Shown here piece after piece: positions 35,496 to 48,213 of a DNA stretch of 64,000 bases. Location: assembly GCA_010405405.1 (NCBI GenBank), contig MU004238.1, positions 259,530-323,529 on the forward strand, in the 5' to 3' direction. Numbering within the stretch: position 1 is the first letter of the stretch; every line of letters starts with the position of its first letter. The position numbers were made by a program, and so were the translations under genes. The stretch is from Microthyrium microscopicum. Lineage: Eukaryota. A model generated the notes under the pieces. That model saw only the letters and a program-made list of their open reading frames with translations, did not search any database and was not told the DNA's origin.

Positions 35496-36974
35496 ATGCC
35501 AACGCTCTTTCTCCGCGATATTCGCATCAGTCTCATCGCCTCTGACCTGGCATCCTCCACGAAGCAAGAAATATCTGTCAGGTCCAAAGAAGAAACGAAG
35601 ACCCAGTACAAGAAAAAGATCGATAAGACAGAGGTGAACCGAATTGACAAAATTCTACGTGGTGGCGTCATTTTGAGTGAGAAAATACTTCCGGGCAGCG
35701 GTAACAATGCTCCCTCTGCTGGCCGACCCCCGGGCTGCCAACTCATTGGTAAAGATCGAAATGTGCCATTCTACATGATCCGGGCTGGTCAGAATATTCT
35801 TCATCCTGATGCTTACGTCGCTTCCAAAAAGACGGCTCAATTTGCGACCACTTCTAATGGCGTTGAGCATACTCCACCTCCTCCAACGACAAGAACAAGA
35901 AGTCGCGTACCTTCCCCTGCCAACGGGGCATATGGTGGCATCGCTAACTCATCAAAAACCGATAAATCCAATTCCAGTATGTCTCAACTGGCCAAACTTG
36001 ACGCGCTGTTGGATGGCCCAACCCCTTACGCTCTCGCAATGAAGATCGATATCTCAAGAAAAACGGTTCAGCCTTTAATCAACCCAATATCCAAAAATAG
36101 TGTCGAACGCCAAGGCAGTGTCGGGCATGAAGATTCTGACGAAAACAAAGACGATGTCGAATCTAACGACAGTCGCGATGGCAAACACAGTGTCGAGCAT
36201 AACGATAGTGTTGAACGTAACGGCAACCTTCAACGTAAAGACGGCGTTGATCCCAACGACAGTCCTAAACGAAACGACAGTCTCAAACCAAAAGGCCCTT
36301 CCAGGACCTTAATCGTTTATTGCGATCTTCGATTCGACGTGTTCTACAATGGTAACGTCGTCCATAGCAACTACATCAGCGGCGCATTAAAATGGGGAAA
36401 GGGCAAATCCCAGTTATTTTCCGGCACAAAGATCCAAAACGCTCTTGAACGGCCGTGGATACTCGTTCCAGCAGGTCAAAATAACCGTGGCGAATTGCTT
36501 GAAAATGGAAGCGGAAGGAAGGTCAGCGCCCGAGAGCGTTGGGCTCAGGTCAGCAATTCCTTGCTAGGCCATGCTGACTCCATTCGACGCCCCGATGATC
36601 CCAAGCATCCCGACCATGAAGCTCATAGAGCTCATCAGGCTGCTCATGAGGTTTTACTTGATGGGATTACTTCCATTGCGGGTCTAGACATGCCCAGTGA
36701 GCTGGATGTGGAGCCTAAGATTCAGAAACTGGGTATCATTGATGTTTTGGTTACTGCCGGAAAGGGAACCAACAAGGGACTCGACGGAAGGAAGACTGTG
36801 TGGAATCCTACGCTGATGGGAGCGGTGCTTCCTCAAGCAAATGACAATCTCACGCTACCACACACCTCTGAGAGTAGCAACTTAAGCCACCTGTCATACG
36901 CGATTGGTAGTGAACGCCCAGTTCCGGTTCGTACAATCTTGACTCTTTTATCAATAACATCAATGCTAACTTGA
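35496..36974 (+). CDS. Hypothetical protein with internal hexapeptide-like repeats
   Basis: 552-codon ORF (35316-36974), probable start MPTLFLRDI; 3' end uncertain. Confidence 0.6.
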   Translation: MPTLFLRDIRISLIASDLASSTKQEISVRSKEETKTQYKKKIDKTEVNRIDKILRGGVILSEKILPGSGNNAPSAGRPPGCQLIGKDRNVPFYMIRAGQNILHPDAYVASKKTAQFATTSNGVEHTPPPPTTRTRSRVPSPANGAYGGIANSSKTDKSNSSMSQLAKLDALLDGPTPYALAMKIDISRKTVQPLINPISKNSVERQGSVGHEDSDENKDDVESNDSRDGKHSVEHNDSVERNGNLQRKDGVDPNDSPKRNDSLKPKGPSRTLIVYCDLRFDVFYNGNVVHSNYISGALKWGKGKSQLFSGTKIQNALERPWILVPAGQNNRGELLENGSGRKVSARERWAQVSNSLLGHADSIRRPDDPKHPDHEAHRAHQAAHEVLLDGITSIAGLDMPSELDVEPKIQKLGIIDVLVTAGKGTNKGLDGRKTVWNPTLMGAVLPQANDNLTLPHTSESSNLSHLSYAIGSERPVPVRTILTLLSITSMLT

Positions 36975-38414
36975 CATAGTGGCAGCTGGCTAGAGGCTTT
37001 GTAGCGGAAAGGATGTTGTTTGCGGTGCGATACGTGGTTATGTAGACTGAACCTGAGTCAGCCTCAAACAACTCTAGTGAGGGCTGAGTTGTGTACAATT
37101 ACTGCTTTGGAAATCATTGTTGATAACTAATTAGTTCGATAATGTTACTTTCGCTCTTGCAGCTGTACTGGGACCGACTACTGTCGCAATGACTTTCCCT
37201 TGGAACCACACGTGTGACTATGGGAGAGCTCTGGTAAACTATCGCAGTAGACTGGAGAGATACCGTCCACTCGGGATCTGTACAACTACAACCTCATAAG
37301 ATGCCGGTAGAAGTTGCTGAGACGAATGTTGAAGAATGCCTATAATTTCTGTTCAGGGCATACTGTAGATGGCCATGCTTCCCCCAGATCCCAGATCAAA
37401 CCCTCATTCGTTAAGAGAACGTGTCAAACCGATTTTCAACACCTTCCTGATTTTCTGCGATATTTTCGATACTGCAAGCACTTCAACAAAAAGTCAAGTT
37501 GAAGCTTTTTGGTCACATAATCCTAAAGTTCTTTTCGTGACTTTATTTCTCTGCAGCCTTCCAGTCGCTTCCCCTCCATTCTGTGCATCTTCACTCTTGC
37601 CTATATCATCCATATCATATCGTCTTGGTAACATCACGAACACCAAAACTGACACGAAATATCTTTCTGCTGACTTCCTTATCGAAAGCGAGCAATTGGT
37701 AGCAAAATTGCGTGCTTGAGAGTTGCGAGCACCAGCAACACCAAGACTTTGTTCCATCTTCGAGTCCCGAGTATCGCCACCTTCAAATTTCACCTAAAAC
37801 TGGGGAAACCCTTACAATCACCTCCAATTTCACAGCAGGAAATTCCACCATTTAAATCGTCATCTTCAATCATTGCACGGTCCAAGGGCATATCTCTGGT
37901 TACTCAATATCCGATTACAACGCGACCAAAGCCCTTGCAGTCGCACGACGCCCACCTCCGTGTTGGCCAGTCGGCGCGTACCGCGTAATTGCCATTGCAC
38001 TTCCCCGAGCTTGCCATCAGTTGTACAGCCGTTTAGAGATCCAAGCGGACTGCTATTCTTTGCATCTCTTCTCCAAAAAGTCATCCAAATCACCTGGTGT
38101 CCGTGTAACAGCCTAACAGGCCCGTTGGCAGTATATTAACAAACCGAACCTGTCCCTGCCTGCCCTCTACATTGCCACCAACCACCGCCTGTTCCCCCAC
38201 CAGCTTTTGCCTGAGCGGAACAATTTAACGGGTTTCTGGCTACAGTTATTAAAAGAACTAATAGGCCAAGCTTTTCTGACAAGTCTTGGTTTCCCACAAG
38301 TCCTCTCCAGCTACCGAATTTCGAAAACAGTGCCTTGGTTTGCCTGTATTCATCGAGATCGAGCCAGGACTTTCCCGCCTACCTTGAAAGCCATCAGCTG
38401 TCGTTTGTGCGGCC

Positions 38415-39961
38415 ATGGCGATCAAGATTGCGCGGTCTACGAGATTATCTATTGCCATCGGAATCTCCTTCTCTTTCTTCCTTGTAGAAATTGCTAGTAA
38501 GTTTGAACTTTTCTCAACCCAGGCTTGTCGCGCCAAGCACACAATGTTCTTCACTGTTTTGAAAGCTTGAAAGGAAAAAAAGTTCTGCATGAGCAAGGTT
38601 CTTCGATGTACCTGCAGAAGATTAGACTTTTCTAGGACATGTGCATTATCGTAATCTTTGACATTCACTGTATTCCTTATATCCACTCGCTGCTGTTCTT
38701 GATCTATCTTTCAGGGTCTTCATACTAACGACATCTAGTTGGCTTCAAAACCCATTCGATCGCATTGATCGCCGATGCATTTCACTACCTCAATGATCTA
38801 ATAGGCTTCATTGTTGCTTTGGTTGCTGTCCTCATATCGGAAAATGGCAGAGCTCACAAGGATCTTACCTATGGTTGGCAGCGAGCTCAATTGCTCGGCG
38901 CTTTCTTCAATGGTGTCTTCTTACTCGCGCTTGGAGTCAGTATCTTCCTTCAATCAATTGAACGATTCATCACTCTCCAAGTGATCGACAACCCCAAACT
39001 GGTCGTTATTGTCGGCTCCATTGGCTTATTCTTGAACATCATCAGTATGATGTTTCTTCATGAGCATGATCATGGAGACGGCCACTCTCATGGCCATAGC
39101 CATGGGGACGAAGAGCATTCGCATGGACACTCACATAGCCATGACCACGATGTTGAGCATAGTCATGGCCATAGCCACAGCCATAGCCATACCCCTGGTC
39201 ATAAACATCGTCATTCTCAGCCAGGGGATATCCCGCTCACGATTCCATCAACTGTGGATGTTAACCATATCGACACGGACATCATGTCAGAAACCTCTGT
39301 GCTACCAGATAAGGAAAAGGATCACAAGGAACATCGTCACAAGCTATTCGCCAAGTCTCAAAAAGGCCACTCCCATCACGACTATGGCATGGCCGGCGTT
39401 CTCCTCCATCTTGCCGGCGACGCATTCAACAACATAGGGGTCATTATCGCCGGTATCATCATCTGGAAGACAAGCTCACCTCACCGCTACTACGCAGATC
39501 CAGCAGTCAGCATGGCAATCGCCATCATGATTCTCCTCTCCTCCCTTCCACTCGTCAAAAAAACAGGGCACATCCTCCTACAAAGCCCTCCGACTGGTCT
39601 AGACGTAGACGACATCAAGCACGACCTCGAGGCGATTCCTGGCATTAAGAGTGTCCACGAACTCCACGTCTGGCGCCTAAACCAACAAAAGAGTCTCGCA
39701 TCAGCACATGTCATTCTCGAAGATCCATCATTACATAACTTCCAGGAAGGCCAAGCCAAGACTATGGCGGAATGCCTACATGCCTATGGAATCCATTCTG
39801 TAACCATCCAGCCAGAGCTAAGAGCTAGACGGCCAGTCATTGCTACACATCCCAGCACTGAAGCTGGTGCTCAAACGACGGCGACTGATCCAGATCAACC
39901 GCCTAGTCCATGCCAACTGAACTGCGGCACGAATTGCGAGAAGATGACTTGTTGTGGTTAG
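38415..39961 (+). CDS. CDF-family zinc transporter (Zrc1/Cot1-like)
   Basis: Exon 1 MAIKIARSTRLSIAIGISFSFFLVEIA, intron 38497-38738, then GFKTHSIALIADAFHYLND; His-rich loop; GVLLHLAGDA; VHELHVWRL. Confidence 0.93.
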
Positions 39962-41808
39962 TATGAATGACGCATGATTGAAGAAGTATTCATAGCATTA
40001 TATTAGTATAGCATGGCGCTTGGGGGTAAAAATGCATTGGATAATCATTTAACCTAGGTATCAAAACATGAATTTAACAAACTCAACCTCATATCTATAT
40101 CCACCTACCTGTATTGACATTGGATCATCTACCCAACATTACCATCCAACAAATCACTCTTCACGATGCTCCAATTGTCCCTCATACGCTGGCAATATCT
40201 CCGCCGCTGATCATTCTCCTTTTCTGGTCTCAGACCAGGACCAGCGTCTTCAGTCCCTCAAACTCCATCAACACCTTTGCGCCATCTTTCTTATTGGCTG
40301 CCACGTCGGTGAGGCCTAGACTGCCAGCGGACAGTTCTTTTGGGTCTGCGAGGAACATATGGAAAGTGAAGAGACGGTCGAGGTCGCTGGGCTTGGGGCA
40401 GACATCGGCCGTGTTGGCGAAATTGGGTATTGCATTGGTGATTAAACAGTTGAATGAGAAGGAAAAGGTGGTAGAGCCGTCTGCTGTGAATTTGCAGAAC
40501 ATTTGGCGGGCTTATGGCCCAAGTCTGAAGCTCAAGAATGGTTATAATGGGCTTGATGTTCTGCTAGAGAGGGATGTCATGGGCGAGTTAGTAAGTATGA
40601 CGAGCTTGTACAATCGTGTAATTCCATAGTCGCAAGAATGAGAACTCTTGAGAGCGAAAGTGGCCTGCTGTCGGTCTGACAATTGAGGTCCTTTTACATA
40701 TATTCTGTAGTAGTATCTAAGTTAGCCATTTTGAGCACGTTTCGCAATTTGGGCTTATGGTTGGCCGGAAGAACCTTGACAAATACAAGTTGATTGAAGA
40801 GGACTTCGAATTTGGGACGAGGATGACGACTAAGATACGGAGTTTTATTCAGTGAATTCTGGCGAGGCTGAGCGCAAGCCTTATTTTAATCTGGAATCAA
40901 TATGATATGAATTTGATGGTGAATCAAAGATTCCCAGAGTTCTTTCTCCGATTTTGGATCTTTAGATTAATTAAATTCAGCTATCAACGAATAACATAAT
41001 CTTGAAATGGCATAATTAACTATATCTTGCATTTCTTGGGTAAAGGCTGTGGTGGAGCGAAGCATTATTAGACAATATTCAAAAGTTGATATGTTATATA
41101 TATACACATTTACCGCAAATTACTGCTAACTAACAAACATCTAGGTGGCCCCGTTTGTCTAAAAATGTCATGTCGTTGAACTCGAATTCCTTCTGCATAT
41201 TAGTCATTCAGCGGGCCAAAAAGTCCTAACAGGTAGCCGGCGCGCTAACCATAGACGGGCACTCGCATACGATCGGAAGTAAAATTAGTAAGACTGTATT
41301 GGCCAGCATAATTTTCGTACCTGCCTACCTCACAACTCGATTGTGGGCTAGGCAGGGAGCTTTTGCCTGTTCGAATTTCAGTTTTCACTTTTTTATTTTG
41401 CTTTTTTTCGTGTTGCTGGGCTATGTAATGGATAAAACATGGCTCACTGGTGTCGGATTTATTTTTGGACTAGTAATAGAGGTGTGGGAGGGAAGTGATG
41501 GATTTTGTGGCAGAGGAGAAGTTGGGCACCACATCGTCATAAGGCTGAGCGCAAGGCTGAACTACCAAAAATAAACAGTGATCAATTTTTGTACAAATTG
41601 ACATGATTAGATATTTATTGTGATCGTTTTGGAGTCCTTATAGAATCAAAAGTCTTTGATATGTCAATATAACTGAAAATTTCTACTTGCTAATATCGGA
41701 CAGGTATCTTCGTCTTCGAAGTAATTCAACCCGCGAACGGTGAAGATGCAAAACATTTATACATTATAAGCGAACGTGAACATTTCTCCTGGACCCTGTG
41801 GTCTAGGT

Positions 41809-44190
41809 TTACTCAACATCCTCGTCATATGTCTCCCGCTCATACAAAACTTCCGGTTTGACATCGCGCCTCAACAAATAACGATTGAAGAAATAAGGAA
41901 TCTGTCTCAATCCGTACGCAGCATGTACTCTAGTTGGCACACTGAACACTTGATCCAGCTCTTCCAGTGTTTTCCCCTTTGTCTCCGGCATAAACAACAG
42001 CACAAGCCACCAACCGACAATGTTCCACGCCGCGTACCAGCCAAATGCGCCGGTTGGTGTGAATGCCGTCTGCAGGGAGGGCCAAGTGATTGAAAGAACT
42101 GCGTTGAAGAACCAAGTTGTTGCGGTGGCTAAACTCATGCCAATGGAGCGGATGTAAAGTGGATACGCTTCGGCGGAGTAGGTGAAGGGGACTGGTCCTT
42201 CACCGGGACTGTAGACCATGCCAAAGAGATAGATCCCAATGGCGATGTTGGCGACGTGGGCGACGCGGGCAGTTTCGATGTTTATCAGGAATGATAGGCC
42301 GGTGTAAAGTAGTGTCGCACTGGATTTTGGTTAGTCACTGAATAAGAGAGGGACCATGGGACATACGCCATGAGCGGGAATGTTGTCAGGAGGAGATTTC
42401 GTCGTCCAAAGGTATCAATCGTATAGATGGCTGTAAGTAAGTTAGTCCAATTATTGCGGCTAACTGGATATTTCATCGCTACATACCTGGAATAGCGAAA
42501 AGGAAGTTAATAATTCCAAATCCAAGAGACGCCGCTAGCGCTGACTGATCACTAAATCCAGCATCTGAAAAGACGGAGGACGAGTAGTAGGCTATTCGGC
42601 ATTAGCATTTGATATGTGAACTTAGATCCTGGAGCATTTACCAATAACGTTGACACCGCAGAACTAATCATTTATTAGCGAATGCATAGAAGGAAATTTC
42701 CTGAAGTACGAACCTGCTGCATGAACATGACAATTTCCGAGGCGTACATAGCTCTACGGTTTCGTGGAACTTTGACCAATTCCTTGATCTTGTTCTTTCC
42801 CAGAGAGGAAGCTTCTTCGACCTTGAGTAGTTCTGCCATGTAGAAGATATCACGAGCAGCTTGAATCTTGTTGTGGCGAAGTCGAACCATTGAGTCATAG
42901 GCGTCATGATGTCGTCCTTTTGACATGAACCTATATTACCAACTTAGCAAATTAAGACGTATATGCTGGCGGAATTGCTTACCAGCGGGGAGACTCGGGG
43001 CACATATAGACAAAGCAGCATACGATTACAGCAGGCAGCATAGCAGACGCCATCATAATGCGCCAATTGAGGCCAGTGATGTTGTGCTTGTCTGGTACAG
43101 CATAGAAGATTAGATCGGCAACATATCCCAGCATGATACCAAATGCAGTCCCTAATGAAAAGTCAGTCGGAGATAGATCCTGCAGAGTGTACAGAACATA
43201 CACATCTGTCCTACTGTTAGTGAAATCGATCTCATTTATGACATTTATGATAGAGCAAAACTTACCTGCCACTGCATCACCAAAGCACCACGAATCGCCG
43301 GTGGAGTTGACTCAGCAGCATAAATAGGAACAGTAGCTGACTTTGGTCCAATGCCGAACCCAAGAAAGAATCTTGCCACAAACATGCTACTCAAGTCAGT
43401 CGGCCGTCACTTCTTCTTTAAAGCGAGGAATCTCACCTCCACCAGCTATTAGTAAAGGCCTGCCAAAAGCACGCAGCTGCAGAGAAGAAACAAGTCAAGA
43501 AGATTGTCCCTCTCCTCCCAAACCAATTATTGAAAGGCGTCGTCAACCAGCATCCAAGAAATGCACAGCAAATGTAAGGCGCACTGTTGACAAGTCCAAT
43601 AAGCCAAGTACTTCTTGGGTCTTTTCCGCCGATTCCAAATTGCGGGCCATAGAATAGCTGGGCTCCATTGACAACTGTCTCGTCCTGTATCACTTCTGTC
43701 AGCGCTCCTTCAGTAAACCCGTGGGTGCTATCGAGATACATACCATGCCTTGCACTGCAGCACAGGTCGAACACAACACAATAACTAAATACAGCAACGG
43801 TGGCTGACTCCAACGATTCGTATACTCTTTGTGCAGCACGGCCATCTCTTCTTCCTCAATCAGTCCTTGCAAGCGACTGTATTTCTCTGGCCGCTGTGCT
43901 AAGATTGCGCCCATTTCAAAAGCGCGGATGTCGCTTTCTTCCATGATGCCGTGCTCTTTGCAGTAGTCGCGACCAGCTTCGCGCAGGTCAGCGATAGCTA
44001 AGCCCGCGAGCGGATTTGCCAACTTGGCGTTGATGTTGTTGGTGGCATAATCCACGATAGAGCGACGCTGGCTGCGCGAGCCGGAGGTGGCTACTGAAGC
44101 ATTACGTGCTGGATCATTGGGGCGAACTGGAGGTTGTTCAGTGAGCTTTTCGCTGGGTTTCTCGTTGTAGTCAGTTCCTGTCGAGGCCAT
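41809..44190 (-). CDS. MFS sugar/inositol porter (multi-exon)
   Basis: CAAVQGM|DETVVNGAQ, FGRRG, CPESPRW, IDTFGRRNLLL, YSPGEGPVPFTYSAEAYPL, PETKGKTLEELD. Confidence 0.93.
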
Positions 44191-45540
44191 GGTGTGAATT
44201 GCTTTGGTGGTTGGTTCTTAGTAGTTGTTTGACGCTACAACGGCCTGCTCTCATTATAGCTAGAAATATTAGTTGGAAACAAGTCTTAGATTCGAAAAAT
44301 TGAAGTCATGAAAGGATTAGAGAAGATTCCGTGTTGCGGACATGGGCGGAATATGAACCAACATATCGGGGAGACTTTTGCGGTGATCCTTGTGCCATTG
44401 AGATAGTGAGCACGAGGTACATGACGTTGAATTCTGTTCTTGGTGATTCTATCTACGAATACCAGGCCGTTATTTGCGTTCAGCGTTGAGGATCGACAGC
44501 GGAGAAGTCTGGGGATCATTCACTAGCTGGGGTTGTTGGTCCTTTTGTCGCGGTAAGCTTTTTCCAAAAGAGTGCCCACGCACGCCACGTTGCTCAGACA
44601 TATCTTAACAAAATGTCTCTTGGCTAGCAGTCCTAAATTCAAAAATTTACACTCTGCTTTATCAATTTCCAAATCTCAGTCTCCTGTAGGCAGAAGAGAA
44701 ACGCCAACAGAAGATTTCTTCAAAGTTCAGTTGGAGCAAGGCTCCTTATAGGGAACGCACGGTGACGTCAATGTCAGCCTTGCGTGGATCTGAGGTTTGA
44801 CTGAACGAGGGTCACGACAGGCAAAAAGGACCCTAGATTGTCCAAACCATGCGGCATAAGCATAGAGATTCCTTGGCTGTATTAACCAGCCGGCAAGATG
44901 AGGACCCTTTTCCAACACTTTTGGGGGTAATCGACGGTAAGATTTGCGCATCGCTGATTGGTCAGCCTTGCTCGCCATCGTTCAGCCTTGTCCGCTAAAG
45001 GATGCTTGATATGTGGCAGTTTTCAGTTTTTTCCATTGATTGGCCTAATGGTCATCAAATTGAGAGCTATTGATGGAGTGTAATGAACTTTGAGTCCGAA
45101 GACTTAACATTGTACATTCGCGATATATTCTAACCTTTTGCCACAGACCCACAAATCCCAGGTCGAGCTATATTGGGATATTCCCGTCAGTCACAATAAC
45201 CCGTATCGATGCAAGGTCTAGGCTCAACATCTGTATGGCCGCACTCAGTGTATTCAGCATCGTATTTCCAAAACAACTACTTCGGTGAGCAATTTTTGGT
45301 AGTAGGGGTAAGTGATCATGACAGAAGCTTTAAATCTGCGAAGAGGCAGCCAATCCATGTTTTTCGAATCTGCATTACTAGAGACTTTTACAAATTATTG
45401 AACATCTTTACATAGCCCAGAGGTGAAGGGATAAAAAGACTGGTCTTTATGTTAATAGGTTGCAGTCAGATCATGTGAATGTTCGATTCTGTGATGCATG
45501 TCCCCTTTCTTCTATGCACCAGATTATGCAGAAATGTATT

Positions 45541-45696
45541 TCAACAGCCGAATATTGCATCTCCGCATGGACGGCAGTATCCCACTTTCGATATCTGAGG
45601 ATATTCCGTCCATCCGCAAGGCCCTCCAGGACATGGCTTGTCCTCAACGATGGTGTGGAAGCAGTCAGTGTAATAGATATGATATTTGTAGCACAT
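45541..45696 (-). CDS. Cys/His microprotein B1 (51 aa)
   Basis: MCYKYHIYYTDCFHTIVEDKPCPGGPCGWTEYPQISKVGYCRPCGDAIFGC*. Confidence 0.85.
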   Translation of the reverse strand: MCYKYHIYYTDCFHTIVEDKPCPGGPCGWTEYPQISKVGYCRPCGDAIFGC

Positions 45697-45992
45697 TTTG
45701 TCCTGATTCAAGCAATATTTGGTGTTCTTGAACGGTGAGAATGACAACAATAGGCAGAAAGCAGCCCAGAAATCAGTCCAGAAAGAAGGTTTCATATGCT
45801 ACCAACACCTGGCAGTGATGTTAGCTCGATGACGTCTCTCCCATCCATATTGACCTCAGCGGGTTATATAAATCGCCCCTAAACATGTACTTCAGGTACT
45901 ATCACTATCACCGCTCAGAATTCCTAGACAGATCCCTCATCAGCTAATGTTAATTTATCATGAGGGGGGTACGAATTGGTTAAAGCTCTTAC

Positions 45993-46151
45993 CTACTGTC
46001 CCTGAACCATCTTGTCGAAACATGGCCTGCAAATTCCTGGCTTTGCTATTTGTGGTTCATCTTGATAGCCACAAGGTGACTTCTCGCATGGTCTCTTTTC
46101 AATGAGGGTATGCCGGCAATCGATGTAATAAACGTGATATCTTTTGCACAT
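45993..46151 (-). CDS. Cys/His microprotein B2 (52 aa)
   Basis: MCKRYHVYYIDCRHTLIEKRPCEKSPCGYQDEPQIAKPGICRPCFDKMVQGQ*; absent from ORF track; close paralogue of B1. Confidence 0.85.
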   Translation of the reverse strand: MCKRYHVYYIDCRHTLIEKRPCEKSPCGYQDEPQIAKPGICRPCFDKMVQGQ

Positions 46152-46435
46152 CTTGATTTCAATTCTGGTTGGATGTTGTATGTACGGGGCGTAGGTCTTT
46201 AAAGATGCATCTCGGATTTTCAGGGGCTTGGAAAAGCCGTCTTTATTGTTGGTTTCGACGAGTGAACATGTCGAATCACTTCACGTTTAGTATCTGGGTA
46301 TTGCTAGTTACTGTAGTAGCCATTCTCCTTGCGTTGCTATGAGCTTTGAATGAGTTTTCATGTCACTAAATAATCCATCTTATACTCAAAGTAAATTAGA
46401 GAATTCTTCATGATTGCTCACTAAGCCATATCCTG

Positions 46436-46603
46436 TCACAGCCCAAGTTGTCTGCAAATTCTACAACGTTTGGCTTTAGCCACTTCTGGATATTCACGAA
46501 CATCGCAAGCATTCCTCCCATATTGTCGGGCGCGATCGCATAGTCTAAACTTTCTCTTGGTATGACCACAACTTGTATAGTAGATGGTCTTATTCGTACA
46601 CAT
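46436..46603 (-). CDS. Cys/His microprotein B3 (55 aa)
   Basis: MCTNKTIYYTSCGHTKRKFRLCDRARQYGRNACDVREYPEVAKAKRCRICRQLGL*; GGTATAAAAG on the minus strand at 46688-46697. Confidence 0.85.
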   Translation of the reverse strand: MCTNKTIYYTSCGHTKRKFRLCDRARQYGRNACDVREYPEVAKAKRCRICRQLGL

Positions 46604-46843
46604 ATTTCGTTACTTTTATGATGATAGTCTTGATTGAAATTCTGTGTTGGCTCTAGAAAGAAAAGCTTAGAAACGCAGCATAGTAGGCTTTTATACCCGC
46701 TCAATCAAGAAGACAAAATATTGTACGGTGATGTCGCAGTAGAGAGTTATACCTCTCAATAATCAGAGCAAGAAGATTTCCTCAGACCCAGTTTGAAAGT
46801 AATCGCCGTGGTGGTGGTCAACTGGCTAACATGGAATCACTGC

Positions 46844-47038
46844 TTATGCTTCAGCATCCGATTCTTCATTTTCATCCTCCATTTCACAGTATGGGCATAA
46901 AGAATCGCTCGTGACCTCCTCCTCCAGGTGCTGGAAATAGATGCAATCCGCAGCTAGATCCCCAGCATAGTCACATATATCGTAACTTGGACACATATGG
47001 CTGCATTGCGTGTACAATACTTCAGCGAATGTACACAT
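46844..47038 (-). CDS. Cys/His microprotein B4 (64 aa, acidic tail)
   Basis: MCTFAEVLYTQCSHMCPSYDICDYAGDLAADCIYFQHLEEEVTSDSLCPYCEMEDENEESDAEA*; (TA)n TATA at 47166-47176. Confidence 0.85.
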   Translation of the reverse strand: MCTFAEVLYTQCSHMCPSYDICDYAGDLAADCIYFQHLEEEVTSDSLCPYCEMEDENEESDAEA

Positions 47039-47398
47039 GGTAGCTTCGTTACTGTACGAGGATAAGCAGTGTTGCTGGGAGTTAGTGGGATAAGAATTCC
47101 AAAGATGATAGTGGTAAATCGGAATGTTTGAAGGATAGTAATCAGAAGATGGGTGGACCGGGAGGTATATATATATGGGAGTAATATGGCAGTGAAGTTT
47201 GTCATCAGAGACCAGGAAGATGCGGTTGTTGTTACATTTGGAAAGACGCATTGTGACAACCTTTTTTTCCGGCATGTATTTATTGATTACCTAGTCTTCT
47301 ATTTGCATCATTGTTTACTTCTGCGCGATCTATAATAACTTCACGGGTCAAATTCATCCAGTCTCCGAAATCTTTTCGTGATTAAGTGCCTGAAGAGA

Positions 47399-47596
47399 TT
47401 AATTCCATGAGTTATTCACATCGTCCATCCATCTTTCGACCCGAGTGACACATCCTGAACAAATGCCCGTCTTAACTTGAGGATCATAGTCTAGAGTAGG
47501 ACAATGCTGACCGAGAATGTTGGCAACAGGACACGGTCTGATCTCTTGCGTCTTGTGTTTGCAGTCGTGGTAAGTTGTCACAACGTTCCAGCACAT
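47399..47596 (-). CDS. Cys/His microprotein B5 (65 aa)
   Basis: MCWNVVTTYHDCKHKTQEIRPCPVANILGQHCPTLDYDPQVKTGICSGC...; TATATAAAG on the minus strand near 47677-47685. Confidence 0.85.
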   Translation of the reverse strand: MCWNVVTTYHDCKHKTQEIRPCPVANILGQHCPTLDYDPQVKTGICSGCVTRVERWMDDVNNSWN

Positions 47597-48003
47597 TCTG
47601 AGCAGATTAGGTCAATATTATTAGGAGAAGGATTCTTTTCTGTATTCTAAAAGCCTTTCCTATGAACATACGTTTGCTTTATATAGAATTAGCAATTGAG
47701 AGCTCAGTGACGCAGCTATAATGTAAGACTGCGCTCGACATAACATTCCCAGACTGTAGGTATAACAGCAAATCAGGATTTAATAAAGTATGAAAGAAGC
47801 TAATCCTGTACGCTCGGAATGATTACCGGGTGTCTTTCAGACAATCCAAAGGGCCATTCCATTTCAACTTGTGACCCCGGAAACACATAGGAGCCGTCAT
47901 TTCTCATCACCAACACAGGCCGGAGGAATATGCATGAACAATTGTCTCCCGCTCTTGAGATTTAAAATAAAGACATCTCAGGTCCTTTTGGTAATCCCAA
48001 GAG

Positions 48004-48213
48004 TCATGCTTCTTTTGCTTCTGGCACAATATCATCTCCTCTAGGCACCGGACACTTGGTACACCAGCCATCCACAGAGGTTGGATTTCCGCTCCAAGCT
48101 CGTAGGGGCGTACATATCTTTCTGGTTTTCCAATAGAGCAGACAGCCAAAGAAGTTAACTCGATCTTGAATATGCGAGCATCTGAGGTAGCGCACGGCTT
48201 CTCGGCGACACAT
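48004..48213 (-). CDS. Cys/His microprotein B6 (69 aa)
   Basis: MCRREAVRYLRCSHIQDRVNFFGCLLYWKTRKICTPLRAWSGNPTSVDGWCTKCP... Confidence 0.78.
   Translation of the reverse strand: MCRREAVRYLRCSHIQDRVNFFGCLLYWKTRKICTPLRAWSGNPTSVDGWCTKCPVPRGDDIVPEAKEA

Noticed and set aside
37000..38400. Short ORFs between the hypothetical gene and the zinc transporter
   Set aside because: No recognisable motifs or consistent splice structure.
40114..40629. Overlapping ORFs on both strands after the zinc transporter
   Set aside because: Possibly a small gene or remnant, but no supportable start or motif.
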